NCBI GenBank assembly: GCA_964385005.1
Contig: CAYLMF010000005.1
Coordinates: 1-38,511, forward strand
Source: an uncultured Bdellovibrionales bacterium
GTDB lineage: Bacteria; Patescibacteriota; Minisyncoccia; Moranbacterales; UBA1568
Reading direction: 5' to 3'
DNA length: 38,511 nt
A model generated the notes under the pieces. That model was given only the letters and a program-made list of their open reading frames with translations. It had not been told where the DNA came from and searched no databases. Numbering within the stretch: the first letter of the stretch is position 1; each line of letters begins with the position of its first letter. A program made the position numbers and the translations under genes. Positions 8,181 through 16,925 of this stretch are shown one piece after another.

Positions 8181-9332
8181 CTACAGTAACTCTACTATTT
8201 CTTTCGAACACTTTTCCCAACTAAACCGCTTGAGATTTTCCTTCATCTTTTCCTGAAGAACATCTCTATCTTCTTCATCCAATGTAAGGGCTTTATGTAT
8301 TCCCTCGGCGATACTCTCGGAAGATAACGGGTCTACATACAGCGCTCCCTCCCCTCCTACGTCCGGCAGTGAGGATGTGCTACTCGTTACCACGGACACT
8401 CCCGCAGCCTGAGCTTCGAGCACCGGTAAGCCAAAACCTTCATAGAGTGACGGAAATACAAATACCGAAGCATTCTGAAGCAATGTTTGCTTCTCTTCCT
8501 TGGTCACATATCCCTTCTCTTGAATTTCCGCTTGATACGTATTCCCTTCTACTTTCTTCTGAATCTTTTCATATCCATAACCTGGTTTACCTACAAGAAT
8601 CAGTTGCTCTTTTCTCTGATACTTTTCCTTGAGCATTTCAAAAGCCTCTACAATTCTCACTACATTCTTGCGCTCTTCTATCCGTCCAATAAAGAGAATA
8701 TACGGGATAGGTTGTAGGTTGTGGGTTGTAGGTTGTAGGTTAGCGATATAGCCTTCTCCAATGACTTTGATTCTCTCTTCTGGCGTTTGATAGAGTTTCA
8801 TCAAATCCTGCTTGGTATTTTCTGATACCGCAATTACCGTGTCTGCCTCCCAGCACGAATAGCGGATAAAGAAACGCATGTATAGCCGCTCCAAAAAACT
8901 ATAACTCTCCGGACTAACTTCATATTCCAAGCCATGGACTGTCACCACATTTCGTCTACCTCCGATAATAGGAAGAGTATGCGCCGGCACAAAAAGCGTA
9001 TCTACAGGCGAAAAAACCATCTCAAGAGAGAGTCCTATTTGCGTCCAAAAACGTGGAGCCCAAATTCCTACAAGTTTCCAATTGCTTGGCAAAGTAAAAT
9101 CAATCTCTGGATAAATAAATGCGAGCCTTCCTTTGCGAATACGTAATTTCTTGCGTACATACAAAAACACGTTTGTTTCTTCTGGAATAGCTTGCCGAAG
9201 GTTTTTAATAACCTGATAACTGTATTCTTCTATGCCTGTCCGGTATTTAAGAAAGGCTCGAGAGCCATCAAGTCCTATTGATTTAGGTTTTAGGTGGTAG
9301 GTTTTAGGTGAAAGTATCTTTTTTTCATTCAT
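8181..9332 (-). CDS. glycosyltransferase family 4 (GT-B fold) carrying two internal heptanucleotide repeat arrays
   Basis: IGLDGSRAF near the N-terminus, PYILFIGRIEERKN at the C-domain start, and the EX7E motif FPSLYEGFGLPVLEAQAAGVSVV. Confidence 0.85.
   Translation of the reverse strand: MNEKKILSPKTYHLKPKSIGLDGSRAFLKYRTGIEEYSYQVIKNLRQAIPEETNVFLYVRKKLRIRKGRLAFIYPEIDFTLPSNWKLVGIWAPRFWTQIGLSLEMVFSPVDTLFVPAHTLPIIGGRRNVVTVHGLEYEVSPESYSFLERLYMRFFIRYSCWEADTVIAVSENTKQDLMKLYQTPEERIKVIGEGYIANLQPTTHNLQPIPYILFIGRIEERKNVVRIVEAFEMLKEKYQRKEQLILVGKPGYGYEKIQKKVEGNTYQAEIQEKGYVTKEEKQTLLQNASVFVFPSLYEGFGLPVLEAQAAGVSVVTSSTSSLPDVGGEGALYVDPLSSESIAEGIHKALTLDEEDRDVLQEKMKENLKRFSWEKCSKEIVELL
8708..8742. repeat. tandem heptanucleotide array, 5 units (TAGGTTG TAGGTTG TGGGTTG TAGGTTG TAGGTTA)
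   Basis: Read directly from the sequence. It is in frame within the GT4 gene and encodes ANLQPTTHNLQPI at the interdomain hinge. Confidence 0.9.
9284..9311. repeat. tandem heptanucleotide array, 4 units (TAGGTTT TAGGTGG TAGGTTT TAGGTGA)
   Basis: Read directly. It covers codons 8-17 (SPKTYHLKPK) of the GT4 gene. The 13-mer TAGGTTTTAGGTG occurs twice here and again at 38466. Confidence 0.9.
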
Positions 9333-9381
9333 AGCTTCTTTTGTATTTCCTATTCCCTAACAACTAACACCCATTACCTTC

Positions 9382-10398
9382 TTATTTAGCAAGCATGATA
9401 GTGCGCTTATAGACATCCAAGTTTTCAAGCACAATACCGGTTCCTTTTACCACACAAAAAGCGGCATCATCCGCCACATAGCAAGGCACATTGATGGTTT
9501 TGGAGATAAGCTGATCAAGATGGCGGAGCTGAGCCGTACCCCCAGAAAGCACCATACCTTTATCCATAATATCTGAGGCCAGTTCTGGCGGCGTTTCTTG
9601 CAGTACCTGTTTGATAACATTGATAATTTCGCGCAATTCATCTTGAATAGCCTCCGTCACCTCATTTGAAGAAAGATTAACCGTCTTAGGGAGTCCACCC
9701 ATGAGGTCACGACCGCGCACTTCCATATAATCTTCCTTGACCTGTGCCATAGCTGATCCAATCTGAATCTTAATTTCTTCAGCTGTGCGATCACCAATAG
9801 CAAGACTATACTTACGCTTAATATAGTCTGAGATGGCCTGATCAATACGATTCCCTCCCACGCGAGCACTATGAGCCGCCACTACTCCACCGAGTGAAAT
9901 AATAGCAATTTCTGAAGTCCCTCCGCCGATATTGATAATCATATTACCCTGAGCAGTATGAATTGGGATGCCAGCTCCAATAGCAGCGAGAATTGGCTCT
10001 TTGACAACGTAGGCTGCTTTAGCGCCTGCCTTCATAGCAGCGTCTATGACAGCACGGCGCTCTGTTGAAGTGATGCCCGCTGGGATAGAAATCACTACTT
10101 CTGGACGAAAAAAACGCACTCGGCCACTGACTTTATTCAAGAAATATCGAATCATCGCCTCAGTCACACGATAGTCAGCGATAGCGCCATCACGGAGTGG
10201 CTGCTTAGCAACAATAGTGTCTGGCGTACGGCCAAGCATTTCTTTAGCTTCATTGCCTACAGCCAAAACTTTATTTTCCAAAAGGGAAATTGCTACTACT
10301 GAAGGTTCATTGACTACAATCCCTTGACCCGGCACAAACACCAACGTATTAGCGGTTCCAAGATCAATCCCAATTTTTCGTAAAAAAAATGATTTCAT
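9382..10398 (-). CDS. mreB: rod shape-determining protein MreB (actin-like ATPase)
   Basis: IGIDLGTANTLVF phosphate-1 motif, INIGGGTSEIAIISLGG and MVLSGGTAQL motifs; 338 aa. Confidence 0.95.
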   Translation of the reverse strand: MKSFFLRKIGIDLGTANTLVFVPGQGIVVNEPSVVAISLLENKVLAVGNEAKEMLGRTPDTIVAKQPLRDGAIADYRVTEAMIRYFLNKVSGRVRFFRPEVVISIPAGITSTERRAVIDAAMKAGAKAAYVVKEPILAAIGAGIPIHTAQGNMIINIGGGTSEIAIISLGGVVAAHSARVGGNRIDQAISDYIKRKYSLAIGDRTAEEIKIQIGSAMAQVKEDYMEVRGRDLMGGLPKTVNLSSNEVTEAIQDELREIINVIKQVLQETPPELASDIMDKGMVLSGGTAQLRHLDQLISKTINVPCYVADDAAFCVVKGTGIVLENLDVYKRTIMLAK

Positions 10399-10399
10399 A

Positions 10400-11662
10400 C
10401 TATATTGCTACACGCTTAATATCTGCGCCAATTAGCTGTAAACGCTCTTCAATTCTTTCGTAGCCACGATCAACTTGATAAATTTCTTCTATCACGGTTG
10501 TGCCAGAGGATGTAAGTGCGGCAATAATTAAAGCCGCCCCTGCTCGCAAATCATAGCTCTTTATCTGGGTTCCCTTTAGAGGTGTTTTCCCTTGAATAAT
10601 GACTTGATGAGGATTAAGAACTTTAGCATGCCCGCCCATCTTTTCGAGTTCTTGCACATAATTGAAGCGTCCTTCAAAAAGAGGGTCGTGGATAAGCGTT
10701 TCCCCTTCTGCTTGAGTAGCCAAGATACCAAAGGGCGCCTGTACATCTGTCGGGATACCCGGATATACTCGTGTATCTACCTTGCTTACAGCTACGAGCT
10801 TCTCTGCTGGTATTACTGAAACAGCATTCTCTGTAATTACAAATTCCACACCAAACTCTCGCATTTTTTCTAATACAGCATCTAGATGTTCCTCTCTCGC
10901 ATTTTCAACCGTAATAGCGCTCCCTGTAGCAGCTCCAAGAATCAAAAATGTCGCTGCCTCATTGGCATCTGGGATAATAGTGTAGTCGCTGCCTACGAGT
11001 ACTTTTTTTCCTGTTACGATGAGCGTCGTTGTTCCAATGCCTTCGATTGTGGCTCCAAGTGAAACAAGGAAATGAGCCAAATCTTCAACATGTGGTTCAC
11101 AGGCAGCAAGCTTAACAGTAGTTACTCCTGGAAGTGTTGCCGCTACCATCAAGATATTTTCTGTTGCCGTCACTGATGATTCACGCAGCACTACTTTGGC
11201 TGATTGGCGACCTCTGGCATCAATCTGATACCCTTCTTCTGTAGTTTCTATAGCAATACCGAGCTTATGAAGAGCATCCATATGTGTATCTACAGACCTA
11301 GCGCCAATGACACACCCTCCCGGATGACTGACTGTAAATGTATCCTGAGTCGCTGACAAAGCCCCAAGGAGAAGAATAGATGAACGAAGTTTTTTAACCA
11401 AGTGCTGGTCTAATGTAGCTACATCATAATTGCCTGGCGTAATCTGCACCGAATGTTCACCGATCCATTCTACTCCCACTCCCATACTCTCCAGGATTTC
11501 AAGCATACGAAAGACATCCTCGATACGTGGGATATTATGAAGGGTTGATGTAGTTGGTGTCAGTAAGGTGGCTGCAAGAATAGGTGTAGCCGCGTTTTTT
11601 GAACCAGAAACACTTATAGTCCCCTTTAATTCTTTACCACCAGTAATTTCAAAAACGTGCAT
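10400..11662 (-). CDS. murA: UDP-N-acetylglucosamine 1-carboxyvinyltransferase
   Basis: 420 aa. GTISVSGSKNAATPILAATLL at the N-terminus, GGCVIGARSVDTHMDAL active-site Cys loop, and C-terminal YQVDRGYERIEERL. Confidence 0.95.
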   Translation of the reverse strand: MHVFEITGGKELKGTISVSGSKNAATPILAATLLTPTTSTLHNIPRIEDVFRMLEILESMGVGVEWIGEHSVQITPGNYDVATLDQHLVKKLRSSILLLGALSATQDTFTVSHPGGCVIGARSVDTHMDALHKLGIAIETTEEGYQIDARGRQSAKVVLRESSVTATENILMVAATLPGVTTVKLAACEPHVEDLAHFLVSLGATIEGIGTTTLIVTGKKVLVGSDYTIIPDANEAATFLILGAATGSAITVENAREEHLDAVLEKMREFGVEFVITENAVSVIPAEKLVAVSKVDTRVYPGIPTDVQAPFGILATQAEGETLIHDPLFEGRFNYVQELEKMGGHAKVLNPHQVIIQGKTPLKGTQIKSYDLRAGAALIIAALTSSGTTVIEEIYQVDRGYERIEERLQLIGADIKRVAI

Positions 11663-11830
11663 ACCTCAGAAAAACAAATCGTATCAACTTGATAAAATTG
11701 TCTTAAAATCTCAAAAAATTAAAAAACCAGGCCCTTCTATATCAATTGTCTCACGGGGCAAGGTGGGCTTAGTATAGCCCAAAAGGAGATAATTTTCAAG
11801 GTTTCGTTTTTGTCTTTTATTCTACCTGTA

Positions 11831-12751
11831 TTAGCCTTGCTTACGCACGTAATCATAGGCTGAAAGTGCAGCAATGACACCATAACCAGCTGAGATATTG
11901 TTCTGCTTGTAGGGCACATCAGTAGCATCACCTGTAGCAAAAATACCTAAACTTGACGTGGCGGCTGTCTTTCCGTCTACTACAATTTCTCCACGTTGAT
12001 TGAGTGTAAGTAAATCCTTCACAAACTCTGTATTTGGCACCATACCAATTTCAACAAAGACTCCGTCCAATGTAAGTGTTTTTTCTGTGCCCCCCTCTAG
12101 ATCGCTATACAACAAACCAGTCACAACACTTTCGCCAAGAATCTCTTGTGTCACCGCATGATAAATAACACTGACTTTTTCTGAGGCAAGCACTTTATCC
12201 TGAGTCACCTTATCACCCTTAAGCTCTCCTGAACGTACAATAAGAACTATCTCACTCGCATACGGAAGTAAATCTTCTACTGCCTCCAGCCCAGCGTTAC
12301 CCCCACCAACAACTGCTACCTTTTTATTGCGAAAAAATGGCGCGTCGCAAGTAGAGCAATAAACCACGCCCTTACCCTTAAATTTTTCTTCCCCTGGAAC
12401 ATCGAGATGACGATGACGCCCACCAGATGCCACTACTACCGTTTTCGTATCGTAGCTAACTTTTTCAGTAGAAACAGTATATGTGCCATCTTCATTTTTC
12501 TTTATATGCTCTACTCGATGGCCAACCTCAATCTCTAGGCCTTCTTGGGCTCGAAGGTGCTTCTCTAATGATTGAGCAAAATCCCAACCAGTAATTGTTT
12601 CTGTTCCAATCCAGTTTTCAATCCCTGCTGATACCGCGGACTGACTCTCAAAACTTTCCGTAAGAAACAAAGCCTTCATCTGTTTACGTGCAGCGTATAC
12701 TCCCGCGGCCACTCCTCCTGGACCTCCTCCAATAATTATTACGTCGTACAT
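11831..12751 (-). CDS. trxB: thioredoxin-disulfide reductase
   Basis: YDVIIIGGGPGGVAAGVYAARK FAD motif, redox CSTCDAPFF (CxxC), VAVVGGGNAGLEA NADPH motif. The ATG at 12751 (MYDVIII) is chosen over the GTG-started ORF-track extension to 12829, which overlaps the murD 3' end. Confidence 0.9.
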   Translation of the reverse strand: MYDVIIIGGGPGGVAAGVYAARKQMKALFLTESFESQSAVSAGIENWIGTETITGWDFAQSLEKHLRAQEGLEIEVGHRVEHIKKNEDGTYTVSTEKVSYDTKTVVVASGGRHRHLDVPGEEKFKGKGVVYCSTCDAPFFRNKKVAVVGGGNAGLEAVEDLLPYASEIVLIVRSGELKGDKVTQDKVLASEKVSVIYHAVTQEILGESVVTGLLYSDLEGGTEKTLTLDGVFVEIGMVPNTEFVKDLLTLNQRGEIVVDGKTAATSSLGIFATGDATDVPYKQNNISAGYGVIAALSAYDYVRKQG

Positions 12752-12812
12752 AGATTCTCTTCTAGTTATAAAACTTGTAAATTTAGTATCCTCACCAAAC
12801 AAAGCCCTCTCA

Positions 12813-14216
12813 TTATACATCTTCATCACTCAGGGCCAAAACCTGAGCTTTAAACTGCTCTCCGCGATCGAACTCATTCTGAAACATCCCAAAGCTTGCT
12901 GCTCCCGGAGAGAGGAGTACTGTATCGCCTGGCTCAGCTAACCTGTAGGCTCTTTGAATAGCCTCTCCCATATTTTCGACTACCGTATATTCTTCATACG
13001 AAGCTTTATCTAGAGCTTCTGTTATCTTATCCGTAGCATTACCCACAAAAAGAATACTGTGCTTTACTCGTCCAACAATTGTCTCTATCAAAGGCTCCAA
13101 GGGTAAACCCTTATCACTTCCTCCGGCTAAAAGGATAAGACCTCCTTTGACCGCTGAAACAGTTGCTTTTACTGCGTCAGGAATAGTGGCCGCTGTATCA
13201 TTAATATATATCACATCCCGATACTCGCGCACCCGTTCAAAACGATGCGGTACACCAGCAAAAGTTTTTAGTCCTTTTGCTATCTGTCCTATCGATATTC
13301 CTGCCCGAGAGGCAGCCAAGGCAGCAGCAAGTAAGTTTTCAAAGTTGTACTCTCCTTGCAATAAAGAATCCACCTTGCGGAGAAGCCTCACATTTTCCTC
13401 TTCATCCTTCATCCAAAGAGCTTCTTCATCTTGCCAGGCATCCCTCTCATCATTGAAACCTACGGAAAGGACTCCTCCTGGGGCTTGCGTCCCAAACCAT
13501 TCTGTCCATTCATTATGGTGTGACAAAATGAGCACTCCCTCCGTATCTTGCCAAAGAAATATTTCTGCCTTGTCCTCAGCATACGTCTCCATATCTGGAT
13601 AGTAATTCAAGTGATCTGGATACAAATTAGTAATTAAAGCAATACTCGGGCTTTTTTCTACGTCACGCAATCCTGATAATCGCCATGAAGAAAGCTCAAA
13701 GACTACAATACTTTCTTCGGTAACTTTTGACAACTCTGAGAGTACGCCTATTTGACTTACTCCCACAGGTACCACCTTTTTACCAGCTGTTTGTAAAATA
13801 TGAATAAGTGCACTTGTTGTAGTTGTCTTACCCTTGCTACCTGTTATACCAATAATTGGTGCCGTACACAGAGAAAAGAAAATACTTGAATCCATCAAAA
13901 TTTTGGCTCCATGTTCACGAGCATGCAAGATATAGGGATTATCCCATTTAATTCCTGGGTTTTTAATGACTATGTCTACCTCTTTAAAGTCTTCCATCAC
14001 ATGTTCCCCGAGATGCCATTCTAATCGAGGATCCACTGGGAGTATGTCTATTGCTGCCTGCAAAGCTTTCTGATCCTTTAGGTCAGTCACTACTATCTTG
14101 GAAACCTCTGTGCCAAGCAAAAACTGTACCGTTCCTATGCCTCCACCATTAGTTCCAAAACCAAAAACTAACACTTTTTTGTGACTAAAAGAATCTCTTG
14201 TAATATGTTCCTTCAT
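12813..14216 (-). CDS. murD: UDP-N-acetylmuramoyl-L-alanine--D-glutamate ligase
   Basis: KVLVFGFGTNGGGIGTVQFL N-domain, ITGSKGKTTTTS P-loop, LLAGGSDKG and C-terminal SPGAASFGMFQNEFDRGEQF. Confidence 0.9.
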   Translation of the reverse strand: MKEHITRDSFSHKKVLVFGFGTNGGGIGTVQFLLGTEVSKIVVTDLKDQKALQAAIDILPVDPRLEWHLGEHVMEDFKEVDIVIKNPGIKWDNPYILHAREHGAKILMDSSIFFSLCTAPIIGITGSKGKTTTTSALIHILQTAGKKVVPVGVSQIGVLSELSKVTEESIVVFELSSWRLSGLRDVEKSPSIALITNLYPDHLNYYPDMETYAEDKAEIFLWQDTEGVLILSHHNEWTEWFGTQAPGGVLSVGFNDERDAWQDEEALWMKDEEENVRLLRKVDSLLQGEYNFENLLAAALAASRAGISIGQIAKGLKTFAGVPHRFERVREYRDVIYINDTAATIPDAVKATVSAVKGGLILLAGGSDKGLPLEPLIETIVGRVKHSILFVGNATDKITEALDKASYEEYTVVENMGEAIQRAYRLAEPGDTVLLSPGAASFGMFQNEFDRGEQFKAQVLALSDEDV

Positions 14217-14271
14217 AGGTTTATAGTAGCTTTCTCCTTATTCTATCATATTCAGTCTAAAAGTAACTATA

Positions 14272-14299
14272 AAAAAATGGCTTTTTAAAGCCATTTTTT
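14272..14299 (-). terminator. rho-independent terminator after the galT-to-aminoacylase gene string
   Basis: aaaaaatggct-ttttaa-agccatttttt is a symmetric stem with A/T runs, 4 nt downstream of the stop at 14303. Confidence 0.7.
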
Positions 14300-14302
14300 A
14301 TC

Positions 14303-15892
14303 CTATTGAAACCATCCCTTCTTTGAGGTTAATACCCTTCCTCGTTTTAAGGGCTGGACGAGACCGTCTGAAAGCACACTCTCCCCCCCTATGAAAACCT
14401 CGTCTATTCCCGTGGCATATTGATATGGGTCCTCTAGAGTCGCATTGTCTTGAATAGTCTCTGGGTCAAAAATAATAATATCAGCTGCATATCCCTTTAT
14501 GAGCTTTCCTCTTTTTTCGAGATGAAACTTATCAGCTGGCTTTCCAGTCATCTTGAAAATAGCCTCTTCCCAAGAAAGCACTTTTTCTTCTCGCACGTAC
14601 AATGCTAATACCTTTGGAAAAGTTCCGAAACTACGAGGATGTACTAGCTCTCCCGTCTTCTTGTGTTCTTCACTATAACCAGCACCATTGCTAGAAATAA
14701 TCGAGAATGGATGCTGAATAGCATCTCTCACATTTTTGCCTGACAATACCTCAAGAGAAACAATAGCCTGACCATCACTAGCCAACAAAAACTCAATCAG
14801 TGTATCTTCCGGACTGATTCCCTGCAATTTTGCTATCTCTGAAATCCTACGTCGTGAAAGCATGCGGGAAAGTGCTGATGAGGATATAAGTATCTGATCA
14901 TAATTAAGATTTTTGGCACGAAGATCACGAATAACCGCCTGCTTCGTCTGAGGGTCCTTCAACTTAGAAAGCATCATCTGGCGACCGTCTTTCGTAATCC
15001 ACTCTGGAAGCAATGTATACAAAACCGATCCCGTCTGAGTATAAGGATACACGTCAAAAGTCACATCTACTCCATCGAGAGCCTTCGCCTCAATAAGATT
15101 AAGTGCCTCTGCTTGGAGTCCCCAGTATGCCTCTCCAACAGCTTTCAAATGAGAGATATGCAAAGAAACACCCGTTTCACTTGCTACCGCCAAAGCTTCC
15201 TCAACAGCCTTTACAAGACCAGCTTCTTCATCTCGTACATATGTAGCATATACACCCTTTTTTAGAGCAACCGTCTTTACAAGGTGACTAATTTCACGCA
15301 TCCCAGCATCTCTCGCATGTGTATAGTGAAGTCCAGTAGACATACCTATACCCCCCTCCTTTAAAGCCTTCTTCAAAAGATCCTCCATAATAGCAATGTC
15401 TTCTGGTGTAATCGTACGAGCAACATCTTGCATCACTCCTCGACGAAGCGTTCCATGACCTACGAGAGTCGCAAAATTCACCCCTAATCCCTTACGCTCA
15501 ATTTCTGCTAAATATTCAGACATACTCAGCCAATTAAAATTGATTTTCTGTACGTCCGTCCACTTTTGAATAGAACGAATAGTCTGAGGATTAACCAGTG
15601 GAGCAAGCGATGATCCTGAATTCCCTCCGATAATAGTCGTCACACCCTGGTACAATAAACTCTCCTGAAAAGGATTCTTAAAAATCTGCCAATATGTATC
15701 TGCATGATTATTGACGTCAATAAATCCAGGAGCTACATATCGATTCGAGGCATCTATTTCTCTTTCTCCTCGCTCGTGTACAAGATCGCCAATGGCCAAT
15801 ACCACACCCTCACGCACACCAATATCAGCACGAAACATTGGTCGTCCCGTACCATCTATAATGGTTCCATTTTTTATCAATAAATCGTACAT
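14303..15892 (-). CDS. N-acyl-D-amino-acid deacylase (D-aminoacylase) family amidohydrolase-like protein with a non-canonical metal site
   Basis: 529 aa. MYDLLIKNGTIIDGTGRPMFRADIGVREGVVLAIGDL beta-sandwich start, APGFIDVNNHAD, GGNSGSSLAP, VYATYVRDE, LHISHLK, HPRSFGTFPKVL and ADIIIFDP follow the D-aminoacylase block order. Confidence 0.75.
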   Translation of the reverse strand: MYDLLIKNGTIIDGTGRPMFRADIGVREGVVLAIGDLVHERGEREIDASNRYVAPGFIDVNNHADTYWQIFKNPFQESLLYQGVTTIIGGNSGSSLAPLVNPQTIRSIQKWTDVQKINFNWLSMSEYLAEIERKGLGVNFATLVGHGTLRRGVMQDVARTITPEDIAIMEDLLKKALKEGGIGMSTGLHYTHARDAGMREISHLVKTVALKKGVYATYVRDEEAGLVKAVEEALAVASETGVSLHISHLKAVGEAYWGLQAEALNLIEAKALDGVDVTFDVYPYTQTGSVLYTLLPEWITKDGRQMMLSKLKDPQTKQAVIRDLRAKNLNYDQILISSSALSRMLSRRRISEIAKLQGISPEDTLIEFLLASDGQAIVSLEVLSGKNVRDAIQHPFSIISSNGAGYSEEHKKTGELVHPRSFGTFPKVLALYVREEKVLSWEEAIFKMTGKPADKFHLEKRGKLIKGYAADIIIFDPETIQDNATLEDPYQYATGIDEVFIGGESVLSDGLVQPLKRGRVLTSKKGWFQ

Positions 15893-15895
15893 TTC

Positions 15896-16918
15896 CTAAG
15901 ATGTTCTATTTGCTACAACTTCTTCTACTTTTTTCATAAAATTTTCATCGGTTCGAAGAATTTTTGGAATAATAGCCTCTAAACTCACAGCCTCTTTTAG
16001 TTGGCTTATTTTTTCCAAGGCCCCCTTTTTGGCTACTGCAACAATCTCATCGTACTCTGGCATATCTTCGGTTACGTAATGCACGTTTTGAAAATCCTGA
16101 CGGGTCGCCGCAAGTATGACTTCACCAGTACGCATGTCCTGATCCATTTCTGCTAAAGCATTTCCTGAGTTGCGGCTATTTTTTGTGCCCGCAATTTGTA
16201 CATGAAATGATTTATCTTGGCGAAGGTCTCCTAAAGCATAGTGCATCGCATACGCCGGATCAATCATAGCAACACGAAGCATGAAGCTCTTGTTACTTCT
16301 TGCTTCTCTTGGAAGAGTTTGCATGAAACTCCCGAGAGATTCTCGACTTGATTCCAACTGATGCACATACTTTTCAAACTCTCCTGTTTCTTTTAGATTG
16401 TCAAAATGTATCTCCTCTCTACCAAAAGTGTCTTCCTTAAATAAACTCTTTGTTTCATTAACTGGAGTAATTTCTATTTTCTCTTCAGGAGCCACTGTTT
16501 CAGATTCCTCCAAAACCGCTTCTTTTGATTCTACTGGGGCTTCTTTTTTTGGTGGCTGCACCTTCTTAGGCTCAGAAATTTCTTCCTCTGCTTTCGGCAA
16601 AGGCTCTTCAAGCTCTTGATGGATTTTTATCAGCTCTTCTTCCAACTGATGTCGTTCTTGCACTAAGGCAAGTAACTCTTCATCATTTTTTTCTGGACTA
16701 ATCTCCTGATTAAGACTTGCTATTCTATCTTCTACATTATGTTCTTCTTCTATAAGAGATTCATGCTCTTTTTCAGCACGAATATACTCCAAAAGCGCAT
16801 TCTCCACATGCTTTCTTTCAGCCAAAAGTTCCAATACTGCTTCATCAGAAAGACCCTCAAGAGATGTTGTTTGTATCTCCTTTAAACGTTTTTCAAGTAT
16901 TTTTCGCTCCTCCTGCAT
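15896..16918 (-). CDS. hypothetical protein: acidic coiled-coil N-half, Pro/Lys/Glu linker, C-terminal domain with DUF4116-like repeats
   Basis: 340-aa ORF tightly packed between gap and the amidohydrolase (7-nt and 3-nt gaps). The N-terminal 110 aa are Glu/Leu-rich heptad-like. C-terminal segments NKSFMLRVAMIDPAYAMHYALGDLRQDKSF and EVILAATRQDFQNVHYVTEDMPEYDEIVAVAKK resemble DUF4116 repeats from memory. Confidence 0.65.
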   Translation of the reverse strand: MQEERKILEKRLKEIQTTSLEGLSDEAVLELLAERKHVENALLEYIRAEKEHESLIEEEHNVEDRIASLNQEISPEKNDEELLALVQERHQLEEELIKIHQELEEPLPKAEEEISEPKKVQPPKKEAPVESKEAVLEESETVAPEEKIEITPVNETKSLFKEDTFGREEIHFDNLKETGEFEKYVHQLESSRESLGSFMQTLPREARSNKSFMLRVAMIDPAYAMHYALGDLRQDKSFHVQIAGTKNSRNSGNALAEMDQDMRTGEVILAATRQDFQNVHYVTEDMPEYDEIVAVAKKGALEKISQLKEAVSLEAIIPKILRTDENFMKKVEEVVANRTS

Positions 16919-16925
16919 AATACTT

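Noticed and set aside
8708-9311. Whether the heptamer arrays could be a CRISPR array or telomere-like repeat.
   Set aside because: The units are 7 nt with no spacers, far too short for CRISPR. The arrays have 4-5 units and lie inside a gene or next to a start codon, not at a replicon end.
11663-11830. 168-bp trxB-murA spacer: the small hairpin gggct-n6-agccc and a T-run (ggttttttaatttttt on the minus strand), considered as a terminator or tRNA-like element.
   Set aside because: No stable stem immediately precedes the T-run, and there is no cloverleaf or T-loop motif. It is probably just a weak terminator plus promoter region, too ambiguous to annotate.
11831-12829. N-terminally extended versions of several ORF-track entries: trxB to 12829, gap to 17999, tpiA to 18834, rplC to 33119, rplF to 26197 and rpmC to 28658.
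   Set aside because: Four of the six extensions (trxB, rplC, rplF, rpmC) were checked and start at GTG or TTG codons. All six overlap the upstream gene and add residues in front of the conserved family N-termini (MYDVIIIGGG, MAKKVRVAING, MKKPFLLVANLKMN, MKFLIGKKLGMT, MSRIGKKP, MKAKEW). Internal ATG starts were used instead.
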